A DNA stretch of 64,000 nt. Origin: Alphaproteobacteria bacterium. GTDB taxonomy: Bacteria > Pseudomonadota > Alphaproteobacteria > Rhizobiales > CAJQND01. Positions 36,944-47,694 of this stretch are shown piece by piece (position 1 is the first letter of the stretch; every line of letters begins with the position of its first letter). Location: NCBI GenBank assembly GCA_024227565.1, contig JAAEUE010000072.1:62192-126191 (forward strand). The letters are read 5' to 3'. The position numbers and the translations under genes are program-made. Under the pieces are notes generated by a model. That model ran no database searches. It was not told where the DNA came from and saw nothing but the letters and a program-made list of their open reading frames with translations.

Positions 36944-39670
36944 TCAGCCCAAGGTCTTCAAACGCTCAAGCGCAGCGTTGAGTTTTTCAGCCTTGGCTTG
37001 GGCTTCCACCTGGCGGCTGCGCTGCTCCTCGACCACATGCCCAGGCGCACGCGAGGTGAAGCTCTCATTGGCCAGCTTGGCCGCCAAGCCCTTCAGCTCG
37101 CCATCGATCTTGCCCAGCTCCTTCTGCAAGCGGGCACTTTCGGCCTCCGCATCGATGACGCTGCCCAGCGGCAGTGCAACCACAGCTTCATCCATAACCG
37201 CCTGCACGGCACCTTCCGGCGCGCTATCGGCAAACGAGATGCTTTCAAGCCGCGCCAGGCGCATAATCTCCGCCGTCCACGTTTGCGTCCATGCGGTTTG
37301 CTCTTCGCCGGCAGCAGCGATTACGCACGGAACCTTGGCTCCCGCGGGCACATTCATCTCCGCACGCACCGATCTGATCTCCGTAACAAGCCGGATCACC
37401 CAGTCGATCTCCGCATCCGAGCTTGCGTCCTGCAGACCGCTATAATTCGGCCAGTCTGCAGAGATGAGCCAGGTTTCGCGCGCCGGCCCAACCTCGCCTG
37501 TCACCTGCCACAACTCTTCGGTGATGAAAGGCATGAAGGGATGCATGACCAGCAAGATCTGGTCGAAGGCCCAGGCTGCCGCGGCTTTGGTTTCGGTTTT
37601 GGCCGCCCCATCTTCGCCGCTCAAGACCGGCTTGACGAGTTCCAGATACCAATCGCAATAAACGTTCCAGACAAAGCGGTAGAGAGCGCCCGCCGCCTCG
37701 TTGTAGCGGTGCTGCTCAATTCCGGCCGTCACGGCCGCTGTTGTCCGTTCCACCTCACCGGCAATCCAGCGGTTGGTCCCAAGGCTCAATTTAGCCGGAT
37801 CAAAGCCTTCGGCCCGCACGCACTCGTTCATCTCAAGGAAGCGCGCCGCATTCCAAATCTTGGTCGAGAAGTTGCGGTAGCCCTCTATCCGGGACTTGGC
37901 GAGCTTAATGTCACGGCCCTGGGCCGCCATGGCCGCCAGGGTGAAGCGCAGCGGGTCGGCGCCGTACTCATCGATCAGCTCCAGCGGATCAATGATGTTG
38001 CCCTTGGACTTGGACATCTTGGCGCCCTTCTCATCGCGCACCAGGGCATGGATATAGACTTCGCGGAACGGCACTTCGGGCACGCCGTTTTCGTCCTTCA
38101 TGAAATGCATGCCGAACATCATCATCCGGGCCACCCAGAAGAAGATGATGTCAAAGCCGGTGACCAGAACATCCGTCTTGTAATAGCGCTTCAGTTCTTC
38201 GGTCTCTTCGGGCCAGCCCAATGTTGAGAACGGCCAAAGGGCAGAAGAGAACCAGGTGTCGAGCACATCTTCATCGCGCTCAAGCATGGTGCGGGTGCCG
38301 TAGTGGCGTTCGGCCGCGGCAAGCGCCAGACCTTCGGTTTCCTCAACGAACACTTCACCGTCCGGGCCATACCAGGCCGGGATCTGATGGCCCCACCAGA
38401 GCTGGCGCGAAATGCACCAGGGCTGGATGTTGCGCATCCACTCAAAGTAGGTCTTCTCCCAGTTTTTTGGCACGAACACCGTGTCGCCATCCTCAACCGC
38501 CTTGATGGCCGGCTTGGCGAGGGTTTCAGCATCCACATACCATTGCTCGGTGAGGAACGGTTCAATGATCACATTCGAGCGGTCGCCGTAGGGAAGCGCG
38601 TGTTCGTGATCTTCAATCTCTTGCAACAGGCCGGCCGCCTCCATGCGCTCCACAATCTGTTTGCGCGCCTCAAAGCGGTCCATGCCATGCATGCCCAGTG
38701 TGGCCTCCAAATCCTTGGAGGCTTCCACGCCCTCAACAAACTCCTCATTGTCCTTGAGCGCCAAGCGAGCATGCCGGTCGAACACATTGATCAGGCGCAG
38801 GTTCTGCCGCTTGCCAACTTCAAAGTCGTTGAAATCGTGCGCCGGCGTCATCTTCACCGCGCCTGAGCCCTGCTCAGGATCAGCATACTCATCGGCCACA
38901 ATCGGAATCTCACGGCCAACCAACGGCAGAACGCATGTCTTGCCCACCAGGTCAGCGTAACGCTCATCGTCCGGGTGAACCGCAACACCGGAGTCACCCA
39001 GCATGGTTTCAGGGCGGGTGGTCGCCACCGTGATGAAACGGCCGGGCTCGTCCTTGATCGGGTATTTGAAGTGCCACAAGTGGCCCTTGCTTTCGACCTG
39101 CACAACCTCCAGATCGGAGATCGCCGTAAGCAATTTCGGATCCCAGTTGACCAGCCGCTTGTCTTTGAAAATGAGGCCGTCTTTAAAGAGCGACACGAAC
39201 ACTTTCAGAACGGCTTGAGAAAGCCCCTCGTCCATTGTGAAACGCTCACGCGACCAATCGCATGAAGCGCCCAGGCGGCGCAGCTGTCCGTTGATGGTGC
39301 CGCCCGAAAGCGCCTTCCATTCCCAAACCCGCTCAACAAACTTCTCCCGGCCCAGGTCCCAGCGTGACGGCTCCTGGTTTTCCATAAGCTGGCGCTCGAC
39401 AACCATTTGCGTTGCAATGCCCGCATGGTCCATGCCCGGTTGCCACAACACGTCCTTGCCGCGCATCCTTTCAAACCGGACCAGAATGTCCTGAACCGTG
39501 TTGTTGAGCGCGTGGCCCATGTGCAACGAGCCGGTAACGTTGGGCGGTGGGATGACAATGCAATAGCTCTCCGCGCCGGGCTTCTGGCCACAGGCGAATG
39601 CGCCAGCCTCTTCCCAGGCGTCATAAAGCCGTTGTTCGGTTGTTGCAGGGTTATAGGTTTTTTCAAGCAT
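36944..39670 (-). CDS. valS: Valine--tRNA ligase
   Basis: PPPNVTGSLHMGH, DHAGIATQ, KMSKS. Confidence 0.98.
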   Translation of the reverse strand: MLEKTYNPATTEQRLYDAWEEAGAFACGQKPGAESYCIVIPPPNVTGSLHMGHALNNTVQDILVRFERMRGKDVLWQPGMDHAGIATQMVVERQLMENQEPSRWDLGREKFVERVWEWKALSGGTINGQLRRLGASCDWSRERFTMDEGLSQAVLKVFVSLFKDGLIFKDKRLVNWDPKLLTAISDLEVVQVESKGHLWHFKYPIKDEPGRFITVATTRPETMLGDSGVAVHPDDERYADLVGKTCVLPLVGREIPIVADEYADPEQGSGAVKMTPAHDFNDFEVGKRQNLRLINVFDRHARLALKDNEEFVEGVEASKDLEATLGMHGMDRFEARKQIVERMEAAGLLQEIEDHEHALPYGDRSNVIIEPFLTEQWYVDAETLAKPAIKAVEDGDTVFVPKNWEKTYFEWMRNIQPWCISRQLWWGHQIPAWYGPDGEVFVEETEGLALAAAERHYGTRTMLERDEDVLDTWFSSALWPFSTLGWPEETEELKRYYKTDVLVTGFDIIFFWVARMMMFGMHFMKDENGVPEVPFREVYIHALVRDEKGAKMSKSKGNIIDPLELIDEYGADPLRFTLAAMAAQGRDIKLAKSRIEGYRNFSTKIWNAARFLEMNECVRAEGFDPAKLSLGTNRWIAGEVERTTAAVTAGIEQHRYNEAAGALYRFVWNVYCDWYLELVKPVLSGEDGAAKTETKAAAAWAFDQILLVMHPFMPFITEELWQVTGEVGPARETWLISADWPNYSGLQDASSDAEIDWVIRLVTEIRSVRAEMNVPAGAKVPCVIAAAGEEQTAWTQTWTAEIMRLARLESISFADSAPEGAVQAVMDEAVVALPLGSVIDAEAESARLQKELGKIDGELKGLAAKLANESFTSRAPGHVVEEQRSRQVEAQAKAEKLNAALERLKTLG

Positions 39671-39781
39671 CGCTGAGTTGGTCCTGGTGCGGGCCGCGGT
39701 CGCAGGGGAGTGAACGGGTAAAGGGACGCCAGCTTATACAAGCACGTCCCTTATAGTTTCAACCGGCGAGATTGGGTTGAA

Positions 39782-40840
39782 TTAAATTGATTGGCTGGCA
39801 ACCCGGCGCACTTCATCGCGCACGATCTCGGTGACGATATCGGGAAGATTGTCGTCAAGCCAAGACCGTATGGCAGGTTCCAGTATGCGCCGCAGCACAA
39901 GATCGGCCATCGCATCGTCCGTCTTCACGCTGCCGGCGCTCTCCGTAATGCCCCGCTCGACCATCGCCGTGAGCTTTGGAAATGGATCCGTATCCGTTTT
40001 CGGTTTGGCTACAGGGGCCGTCTCCGGCGCCGAAGGTGCAGGCTTGTCGAAGCTGGCGGGTTTAATGAACTCAGGTTTCTCAAGCGCTGCAGATTGGGTT
40101 GGCGCAGAGCGATCAGCAGAGGCCCAGGACAATTCGGGCATGGGGGATATTGCAGTCCCCTCAGAAATTGACGCAAGCGCACTTGCAGGCTTCGCCGCCG
40201 GCGCTTCGGCAACTTCGGGTGCAGGTGTGGGCACTGGTTCGGGCGCAGGCTTGGGCGGCTCAACCGGTGTTTTCTGTTGGTCAGCCACACGGGCGGTTAA
40301 CGCTTGCAGAGCACCAGCCGCCGCCGCGGCGTCTGCAGTTTCGCCAGGCGGCGTTTCTTGCGGCGCGGCAGAGAATATTGCGGCGCGAATGGACTTTGGT
40401 TCTTCAATTTCTGGCGCGGGTGCAGCAGCTTCCCAAGGGGCCAGGGTCGGAGGTTCCGGTGTGGGTGCTGGCGCCTCTGCTTTGACGGGCGGAGGCGGCG
40501 CAGGTTGCGCTTCAGTCTGGAACCTTTCTTCGGGTGCGCTTGCGGGCGGGTCGGATCTTAAATTTGAAGAAACGCCATGCATCTGCTTTTGAACGGATTC
40601 ACGGGTCTCGTTCAATTTCCGCGTGAGTTCTGCGAAAGGGTCATGGGATTCATGCACCGCCGCATCGAACGCCTGGCCGGGCGGAGGCGCGGAGAACGCC
40701 GCTTCGGCGCTGGAGCCGGACGCGAAAGGGTCGCCTGCATTTTCTGGGACCGCTCCGGGAATGTCTTCATTGATGGCCTGTCTGATTGAGGACAGGATCT
40801 CTTCCATGCTCGGCTCAGCCGCTGCGTTGCTCGCGCTCAT
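39782..40840 (-). CDS. popZ: Polar organizing protein PopZ (DUF2497)
   Basis: EPSMEEILSSIR N-terminal helix, P/A/E-rich linker, WLDDNLP..V C-terminus; located between tolC and valS. Confidence 0.9.
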   Translation of the reverse strand: MSASNAAAEPSMEEILSSIRQAINEDIPGAVPENAGDPFASGSSAEAAFSAPPPGQAFDAAVHESHDPFAELTRKLNETRESVQKQMHGVSSNLRSDPPASAPEERFQTEAQPAPPPPVKAEAPAPTPEPPTLAPWEAAAPAPEIEEPKSIRAAIFSAAPQETPPGETADAAAAAGALQALTARVADQQKTPVEPPKPAPEPVPTPAPEVAEAPAAKPASALASISEGTAISPMPELSWASADRSAPTQSAALEKPEFIKPASFDKPAPSAPETAPVAKPKTDTDPFPKLTAMVERGITESAGSVKTDDAMADLVLRRILEPAIRSWLDDNLPDIVTEIVRDEVRRVASQSI

Positions 40841-40945
40841 CGGATCTTCCCACCCGTCAAATCAGCCATCATCGTCCCTCAGAATCCCCCGAGCCAAGCG
40901 TTCCTTACGTAAAGGCACGACTTGCGCGTGATTCTTCAAGTGAAT

Positions 40946-42346
40946 CTACTCTGATTCGGTGATGTCACCGCCGAACAATTTATCGCGTACCCGCAAGTAA
41001 TTTGCTTCCGGATTGTAGCGATGGACCCCAAGTTTAAGGTCATTGGCCGTCAGTCTGCCGATGGAGGCGAGAAGTTGGTAGCGGGCAACAATCAGTTCGC
41101 GCTGTGCCTGCACCAACGACACCCGAGAATCCACCAGCTCTTGCTCAGCATCCAGCACGTCCAGTGTTGTGCGCGAGCCCACAAGAGCTTCCTGTTTAAC
41201 CCCGCTGAAGGCCAGCGCGTTGGCTGACACCTGCTCGCGGGCAGCGCGAATGGCTTCGTGAGCGGCAATGATGTTGTTCCAGGACGTCACCACGTTTTGG
41301 CGCACCTGGCGGCGGGCATCCAAGATTTGCAGGCGGCGCTGGTTGGCGGTGTGTTTGGCCTCGCGGATGGAGGAGTAAACCGTGCCGGCCTGGTAGAGCG
41401 GAATAGTCAATGACCCCACCACAGAGCCCTGCTCGTTCTTGAGAAGCGCTGCACTGTCGCGCTCTCTGCGGCTGTATTGCGCCTGAACCGAAAGGGTCGG
41501 CAGCAAATTGCCCCTTGCAACCTTGATCGCATACCGGGCGGCAATTTCAGTGAACGAGGCGGCCAACACAGTTGGGTTTTGCTCATCCGCAATGCGGACG
41601 GCACCCTTGAGGTTCCTGGGCATGCGCGCCAGGGTTCGCTTAGGATAATACAGCTTCTTCGGCTTGGCCCCGAACACCCGCACGTAAAAAGCGGCGCTTG
41701 CAGCAAGGTTGGATTTGGCAACGGCCAAGTTGGATTGTGACTGGCTTAGCCGGGCGCGGGCCTGGGCCACGTCGGTCCGGGTGATTTCACCCACATTGAA
41801 TCTGGCCTGCGAAGCACGGAGTTGTTCTTTCAGCACCGCCACGTTCTTGCGCCGCAAGGACACAATTGTGCGGTCGCGGATTACGTTCATGTAAGATGTG
41901 ACGCCGTCGAGCAGCACGGTTTGCTGCACGTTCAACAGGGTCTGGCGACCGGCTTTCACATTGGCCTCAGCTTGCAGAGTTCCGAAGTAGGTTCTCATGC
42001 CCTCAAACACAGGCTGGGTCAGCGTGATGGAATATCCGCGCGGCTCTCGTCCGTTGTTTGTGCGGCTGGTGCGGGTGATCACCTCATCGGTTACATGCCC
42101 ATAGTCGCCATTGGCGGTTACGGTCGGGCGCCAACCGGACAGCGCCTGCGGCACAACCTCGTCGGTCGCTCTTTGACGCGCCCGTTCTGCACCCAACTGG
42201 GGGTTTTTCATATAGGCCCGAGCCAACGCCCGCCGCAGGCTCTCGGCTTCCGCCGATGAAACCTGCGCATCAATCGCGATCGTCCACGCCACCGTTGCAA
42301 CACATAACGATGCACAGACCCAACTGTTACGGGTTTTACTGATCAC
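40946..42346 (-). CDS. TolC family outer membrane protein
   Basis: Signal peptide, ARFNVGEITRTDVAQA, GSRTTLDVLDAEQEL. Confidence 0.93.
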   Translation of the reverse strand: MISKTRNSWVCASLCVATVAWTIAIDAQVSSAEAESLRRALARAYMKNPQLGAERARQRATDEVVPQALSGWRPTVTANGDYGHVTDEVITRTSRTNNGREPRGYSITLTQPVFEGMRTYFGTLQAEANVKAGRQTLLNVQQTVLLDGVTSYMNVIRDRTIVSLRRKNVAVLKEQLRASQARFNVGEITRTDVAQARARLSQSQSNLAVAKSNLAASAAFYVRVFGAKPKKLYYPKRTLARMPRNLKGAVRIADEQNPTVLAASFTEIAARYAIKVARGNLLPTLSVQAQYSRRERDSAALLKNEQGSVVGSLTIPLYQAGTVYSSIREAKHTANQRRLQILDARRQVRQNVVTSWNNIIAAHEAIRAAREQVSANALAFSGVKQEALVGSRTTLDVLDAEQELVDSRVSLVQAQRELIVARYQLLASIGRLTANDLKLGVHRYNPEANYLRVRDKLFGGDITESE

Positions 42347-42608
42347 CCCAATCTCTCCGCGCTAGCGCCCTGGTTCATGGAACCACAGTGAGTATCAAAC
42401 CAATGCGACAATTCTTCGGCCACTCTGGTCAAATTGTTGCCTCGCACACGAATCACCTTGTCTGCCTTTTTAGCGTACTTTTGCCGTCACTTACAGAACC
42501 GGTTCAATGTCTACTTTTTGCAAAGGCCTTTTAGCCGGATTCGCGCGCGCCGCTATGGCACGACTGCAACACCGCACAACTATTCTTCAGAAAGGACAGC
42601 TTGTGGAG

Positions 42609-43283
42609 TTAAAATACGAACTCTTCGCGGGACACTTCAAAACCTGGAAGCGGCTTGGCATTGGCACCCAAGCCGGTGCGCTCTGAGATCGTGTTGCCAC
42701 TCTTCTGGTACAGTTTGGCTTGACCGACGCCGGCCTCCTCCACCACTGCCACCAAGCGGCCTCCGTCTTTCAGTTGTGCAAACAATCCGTCTGGAACCTG
42801 CTGAACGGCCCCTTCCAGAATGATCACATCATAAGGGCCCTGTTGCGCATAGCCTTCGTTCAACTGACCGGCCAAAACCGCAGCATTGTCGACACCGAGC
42901 TCGGTCAACAGGTTTCCTGCCTCCGTGGCCATCGGCTCAATTTCTTCTACCGCCACAACCGCGTCGGCGAGCTGCCCAAGCACCGCAGCCGAATACCCGG
43001 TCGCGCAACCCACATCTAGAACCAGATCGCTTTTGGTCACCGCGCTCAATTGAACGAGCCGGCCAAATGTCATCGGCTCCATGAGATATCTGGGGCCACC
43101 TCCCTCACCATCGGCCGGGGCAACTTCAACGCATTCATCGCAATAGGCGATCGGCCGGCGCGCATTGGGAACGAACTTTTCACGCGGCAAGCGCCCCATG
43201 GTTTCGATCAAACGAGGTTCGGTCACATTGTTGGGCCGCAGTTGCGACTCGACCATGTTGTGACGTGCTGCGTCAAAATCCAT
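42609..43283 (-). CDS. pcm: Protein-L-isoaspartate O-methyltransferase
   Basis: ARHNMVESQLR, VLDVGCATGYS, QLKDGGRLV. Confidence 0.9.
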   Translation of the reverse strand: MDFDAARHNMVESQLRPNNVTEPRLIETMGRLPREKFVPNARRPIAYCDECVEVAPADGEGGGPRYLMEPMTFGRLVQLSAVTKSDLVLDVGCATGYSAAVLGQLADAVVAVEEIEPMATEAGNLLTELGVDNAAVLAGQLNEGYAQQGPYDVIILEGAVQQVPDGLFAQLKDGGRLVAVVEEAGVGQAKLYQKSGNTISERTGLGANAKPLPGFEVSREEFVF

Positions 43284-43496
43284 CGTTCTCAATGTCCCCA
43301 ATCGGCCAAGCTGGAATCTTTATACGACTATCGTGCTTTATCAAACGGTGCTTGCTCCCGTCTACAAGCAATATGCCCACAATCCACTGGCAACGGCAAA
43401 TCATGCCTTGAGCTCGGCACAGAATTGATCTGTTGACCACCTCCCGAAATGCGCTAGGTGTGCAAACCACTCCAACTGGAAGCCCCACCTGCACTT

Positions 43497-44405
43497 ATGG
43501 CACCGCACCGTTCTGATAATCGCCGGGCAATCATATTGATGGTCGTCGCCATGAGCTTTCTGGCCGCCAACGACGCCATACTGAAACTGGTGGGCGCAGA
43601 ATTGCCCGTGGGGCAGATGCTGGTCGTGCGCGGCGCGGCCCTGTGCACATTTCTGACCCTGGGCTGTTGGATCGGCCGCCAGAAGGTCAGTTTCTCCGGT
43701 CTGCTGCACCCCTGGTGTGTGTTGCGCGGTGTGGCGGAGATAATTGCCACGTATCTCTTCATCTCCAGTCTTGCCTTGCTGCCCATCGCCCTGGCCTCAA
43801 CCCTGGTGTTTTCCTTCCCGATCATCCTCACCGCGGTTTCCGGGCCGGTCTTTGGCGAGCGGGTCGGGCCCTGGCGCTGGGGCGCCGTGCTCGCCGGGTT
43901 CGTTGGCGTTCTGGTGGTCACCGCGCCAGGCACCGGATCCTGGCAACCCGCCCTTGCGCTGCCGCTGGGAGCTGCCGTGTTTGTCGCCGTGCGCGATGTC
44001 TCCACCCGGTTTGTGGCCCCGCACATTTCAGATGGCTCGGTCACCCTCACCTCGGCCATCACCGTGATCATCGGCGGCCTGGCCAGCCTGCCGTTCGGCT
44101 GGGCCCCTCTGTCGGTTCACGCGGTGTCCTGGCTGACCCTGGGCGGGCTCATCATCGCCATTTCCTTTTTCACCTACGTGATGGCCGTGCGGACCGGCGA
44201 GCTCTCACTCATTGCGCCCGTGCAATACATCGTCATCTTGTGGGCGCTGATCTACGGTCTGGTGTTCTGGAACGAGGTGCCGGGTCTCCGCGAACTTGTT
44301 GGCGGGGCCATCATTATCGGCTCGGGCCTCTTGATCCTGCATCGCGAAAAGGTGCAGCATGACCGCCTAGCTGCACAACACGAACAGAAAGCCGGCACAG
44401 AATGA
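43497..44405 (+). CDS. DMT/EamA family transporter
   Basis: About 10 TM segments, GERVGPWRW, APVQY. Confidence 0.9.
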   Translation: MAPHRSDNRRAIILMVVAMSFLAANDAILKLVGAELPVGQMLVVRGAALCTFLTLGCWIGRQKVSFSGLLHPWCVLRGVAEIIATYLFISSLALLPIALASTLVFSFPIILTAVSGPVFGERVGPWRWGAVLAGFVGVLVVTAPGTGSWQPALALPLGAAVFVAVRDVSTRFVAPHISDGSVTLTSAITVIIGGLASLPFGWAPLSVHAVSWLTLGGLIIAISFFTYVMAVRTGELSLIAPVQYIVILWALIYGLVFWNEVPGLRELVGGAIIIGSGLLILHREKVQHDRLAAQHEQKAGTE

Positions 44406-45178
44406 AACTCGCCCGCAACACCTTCAAGGCCGCCATCGCCGGCGGCAAACCTCAGATCGGGTTGTGGAACAGCCTGTGCAGCAACTTTGCGGCAGACGTG
44501 GTGTCGTCCACCGGCTTTGACTGGGCGCTGCTCGACATGGAGCATTCGCCCAATGACGAGCGCACGGTGCTGGGCCAGATGCAGGCCATGCAGCAGGGCG
44601 ACACGGTTCCGATCATCCGCCCGCCGTGGAACGATTTTGTGATGATCAAGCGCCTGCTTGACATTGGCGCATGCGGCTTTTTGTTCCCAATGATCCAGAA
44701 CGCTGAAGAAGCCGCCTCCGCGGTGGCCGCAACCCGCTATCCGCCGCGCGGCATCCGCGGCGTCAGCATGGCCCAGCGCGGTAACAAATTTGGCCGCGTA
44801 ACCGATTATTTTGAACGCTTCGAGGACGAACTGGCGGTGTTGGTTCAGATCGAAACCCGCGATGCGCTGAGCCGGACAGCGGAGATCACCGCCGTTGATG
44901 GAGTGGACGGCGTATTTTTCGGGCCGGCCGACATTGCTGCAGATATGGGCTTGCTCGGCCAGGCGGCACACCCTGATGTGTGGGCCGCGATCGGCGAAGC
45001 GGCAAAAGTGGTCCACGCGGCCGGCAAGCCCACAGGCACCCTGGTCCAAAGCGCGGATAAAGCGGTGGAGCTATTCAATGATGGCTTCAGTTTCGTGGCC
45101 TGCGGCTCAGATCTGGGTCTGCTTGCGCGCGGCGCAGATGCCTTGCTGGCCAACGTGAAATCTGGCCTCTCCACCTAA
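44402..45178 (+). CDS. HpcH/HpaI aldolase family protein
   Basis: DMEHSP, IKRLLDIG, TRYPPRGIRG, QIET, FFGPAD. Confidence 0.92.
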   Translation: MKLARNTFKAAIAGGKPQIGLWNSLCSNFAADVVSSTGFDWALLDMEHSPNDERTVLGQMQAMQQGDTVPIIRPPWNDFVMIKRLLDIGACGFLFPMIQNAEEAASAVAATRYPPRGIRGVSMAQRGNKFGRVTDYFERFEDELAVLVQIETRDALSRTAEITAVDGVDGVFFGPADIAADMGLLGQAAHPDVWAAIGEAAKVVHAAGKPTGTLVQSADKAVELFNDGFSFVACGSDLGLLARGADALLANVKSGLST

Positions 45179-45302
45179 ACTCATCCAAAAACTCTGGTTT
45201 GTGTCTTGCCATTCCCCTTCCACTTTGGGAGAGTGCATCCGGCTGCAAAAAGCAAAAGCAAAGCAGCCACGTGGGAGTTGAGGGGAACGGCAGGGGCGCT
45301 TC

Positions 45303-46073
45303 GTGCTCAGAGTTGAGGGTTTAAACAAACAGTTTGGCGGCCTCCAGGCCGTGCGTGATTGCTCGTTCAAAATTGCTGAAGGAACAATCACCGGATTGAT
45401 CGGCCCTAACGGCGCCGGCAAAACAACCACGTTCAACATGATCGCCGGCGAACTTGCCCCCACCTCGGGGCGCATCATCTATCAGGGTGAAGACATCGCC
45501 GGCCTGCCCACCCACCAAATGTTCCATCGCGGCATCGTGCGCACCTTCCAGATCCCGCACGAGTTCGCCAAGATGACGGTACTGGAAAACCTCATGGTGG
45601 TGCCGCCCAGCCAGCCGGGCGAACACATCTTCAACAACTGGATCAATCCAAAAGCCGTGAAGGCCCGCGAAGAAGAAGTGCGCGACAAAGCGGAAACCGC
45701 ACTGGAGTTCCTCTCGATCTCGCACTTGCGCGACGAGCGCGCCGGCAACCTCTCCGGCGGCCAGAAGAAGCTGCTGGAGCTTGGCCGCACCATGATGACC
45801 GACGCCAAGCTGGTGTTGCTCGATGAGCCCGGCGCCGGCGTGAACCCAACATTGGTGCTCAAGATCATCGACATGATCTCGCAGCTCAAGGCAGAACGCG
45901 GCTACACCTTCTGCATCATCGAGCACGACATGGACCTGATCGCCAGCTTGTGTGACCCGGTGATCGTGCTGGCCGAAGGCACGGTGCTCACCGAAGGCAC
46001 GATGGATGAGGTGCGTGCCAACGCTGAAGTGCTCGACGCCTATTTGGGCGGCGGCGAGGAGGATGACGAATGA
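45303..46073 (+). CDS. Liv-type ABC transporter ATP-binding protein (LivG-like)
   Basis: GPNGAGKT, LSGGQ, LLDEP. Confidence 0.93.
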   Translation: MLRVEGLNKQFGGLQAVRDCSFKIAEGTITGLIGPNGAGKTTTFNMIAGELAPTSGRIIYQGEDIAGLPTHQMFHRGIVRTFQIPHEFAKMTVLENLMVVPPSQPGEHIFNNWINPKAVKAREEEVRDKAETALEFLSISHLRDERAGNLSGGQKKLLELGRTMMTDAKLVLLDEPGAGVNPTLVLKIIDMISQLKAERGYTFCIIEHDMDLIASLCDPVIVLAEGTVLTEGTMDEVRANAEVLDAYLGGGEEDDE

Positions 46074-46801
46074 GCGTCATTGAGCTCCAGTCCGTTTACG
46101 GCGGCTACGGCGACACGGAGATCCTGCACGGCGTGTCCCTGAAAGTTGATCCAGGCGAAATCGTGGTGGTGATCGGTCCGAACGGGGCCGGCAAGTCCAC
46201 AGCAATGAAGTCCGTGTTCGGCCTCTTGAGTTTGACCAAAGGCCAGGTTCTGCTTGATGGCGAGGACATCACGAACACACCGCCAGAAAAGGTTGTGCGC
46301 AAGGGTGTGTGTTACGTGCCGCAAACCGAAAACATCTTCCCCAGCCTGACGGTTGAAGAAAACCTCGAAATGGGCGCCTACGTGCGTGAGGATGATTTCA
46401 AACCTCGCTTAAACGAAATTTATGAGTTGTTCCCACCACTTGCGGAGAAACGCAAACAATCTGCTGGAACCTTGTCCGGCGGTCAGCGGCAAATGGTGGC
46501 CATGGGCAAGGCCCTCATGCTGGAGCCAAGAATTCTTCTGCTCGACGAGCCAACCGCCGGGCTGTCGCCAAAGTTCCGCGGTGAGATCTTCTCCATCGTC
46601 AAGAAGATCAACAGCATTGGCACACCCATTTTGATGGTGGAGCAAAACGCCAAGCAAGCGCTCTCCATCGCAGATCACGGCTACGTTCTGGTGGACGGCC
46701 AGAACAAATTCTTCGGTTCAGGGCAGGATTTGCTGGACGACCCCGAAGTGGCGGAAATGTTCCTGGGCGGCGGCAAGGCCGTGCCGGAGGCGTCTGTCTG
46801 A
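46070..46801 (+). CDS. Liv-type ABC transporter ATP-binding protein (LivF-like)
   Basis: GPNGAGKS, LSGGQRQM, VEQNA. Confidence 0.93.
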   Translation: MSVIELQSVYGGYGDTEILHGVSLKVDPGEIVVVIGPNGAGKSTAMKSVFGLLSLTKGQVLLDGEDITNTPPEKVVRKGVCYVPQTENIFPSLTVEENLEMGAYVREDDFKPRLNEIYELFPPLAEKRKQSAGTLSGGQRQMVAMGKALMLEPRILLLDEPTAGLSPKFRGEIFSIVKKINSIGTPILMVEQNAKQALSIADHGYVLVDGQNKFFGSGQDLLDDPEVAEMFLGGGKAVPEASV

Positions 46802-47691
46802 TGGCCGATTTCATCAACTTCTATTTCATCCCCGGCCTTCTCCTGGGCAGCATCTATGCTTTGGGCGCAATCGGCATCACCATGACGTTTGTGATCCTGC
46901 GCTTTGCCAACTTTGCCCACGGTGAATCCATGACCCTGGGGGTCTATTTCGCCTGGTCGCTGGTGCAGATCACCGGCTGGCATCCCCTCGTGGTCATGCC
47001 GATCGCCATGATTTTGACCGTTCTCTACGCGCTTTCAATTGACCGGCTGTTCTATAAGCCATTGCGGAACGCGCCGGTGGTCATGTTGGTGGTTGCCTCG
47101 TTCGGCCTGATGTTGATGACACGCTCGGTCATCCAGTTCTTCTGGGGGGTCCAGCTCAAGTCGGTATTACCGGGCATTCAAAAGCCAATTCTGGTGATGG
47201 ATTACCTGCGCATATCGCCCAAGCACATGATGATCATGGCAAGCGCGCTCGTGTTGATGTTCGCTGTGCATTATCTTTTGACCTACACCAAGATCGGCAA
47301 GGCCATGCGGGCCATGTCGGATTCGCCAGAATTGGCCAAGCTCACCGGCATCGACACAGAAAAGGTGGTCGTGGCCACATGGGTGGTCGGCGCGGCACTG
47401 GCCTGTGCTGCCGGCGTGTTCCTGGCGATCGACACCCATGTTGAAACCAGAATGGGCTTTAAGCTGCTGCTGCCCATGTTCGCGGCCGCCATTCTGGGGG
47501 GCGTGGGACGGCCCTATGGTGCGCTCGTGGGGGGATTGATTATCGGCCTGGCGGAGGAGATTTCCTCTTATCCCTTTATCGGCACAGAGCCCCTGCTTAA
47601 CCCCGGCTACAAGGCCGGTGTGGCGTTTGCGATCATGATCGGCATCTTGATCTGGCGCCCCTCCGGCCTGTTCAAAGGGAAGGTGTTTTAG
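46801..47691 (+). CDS. Liv-type ABC permease (LivH-like)
   Basis: GSIYALGAIG, NFAHG, GKAMRA, WRPSGLF. Confidence 0.92.
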   Translation: MADFINFYFIPGLLLGSIYALGAIGITMTFVILRFANFAHGESMTLGVYFAWSLVQITGWHPLVVMPIAMILTVLYALSIDRLFYKPLRNAPVVMLVVASFGLMLMTRSVIQFFWGVQLKSVLPGIQKPILVMDYLRISPKHMMIMASALVLMFAVHYLLTYTKIGKAMRAMSDSPELAKLTGIDTEKVVVATWVVGAALACAAGVFLAIDTHVETRMGFKLLLPMFAAAILGGVGRPYGALVGGLIIGLAEEISSYPFIGTEPLLNPGYKAGVAFAIMIGILIWRPSGLFKGKVF

Positions 47692-47694
47692 ACA

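Noticed and set aside
6605-38227. Long alternative ORFs (6605-7822, 7731-8618, 24052-25386, 25949-26860, 35022-36281, 36773-38227)
   Set aside because: Each lies antisense to a well-supported gene and has no motifs; long shadow ORFs are expected in GC-rich DNA.
39782-40840. PopZ about twice the length of the Caulobacter protein
   Set aside because: The linker length is known to vary, and long PopZ proteins are usual in Hyphomicrobiales.
43284-43496. Possible tRNA upstream of pcm
   Set aside because: No cloverleaf or GTTCGA T-loop is recognisable on either strand.
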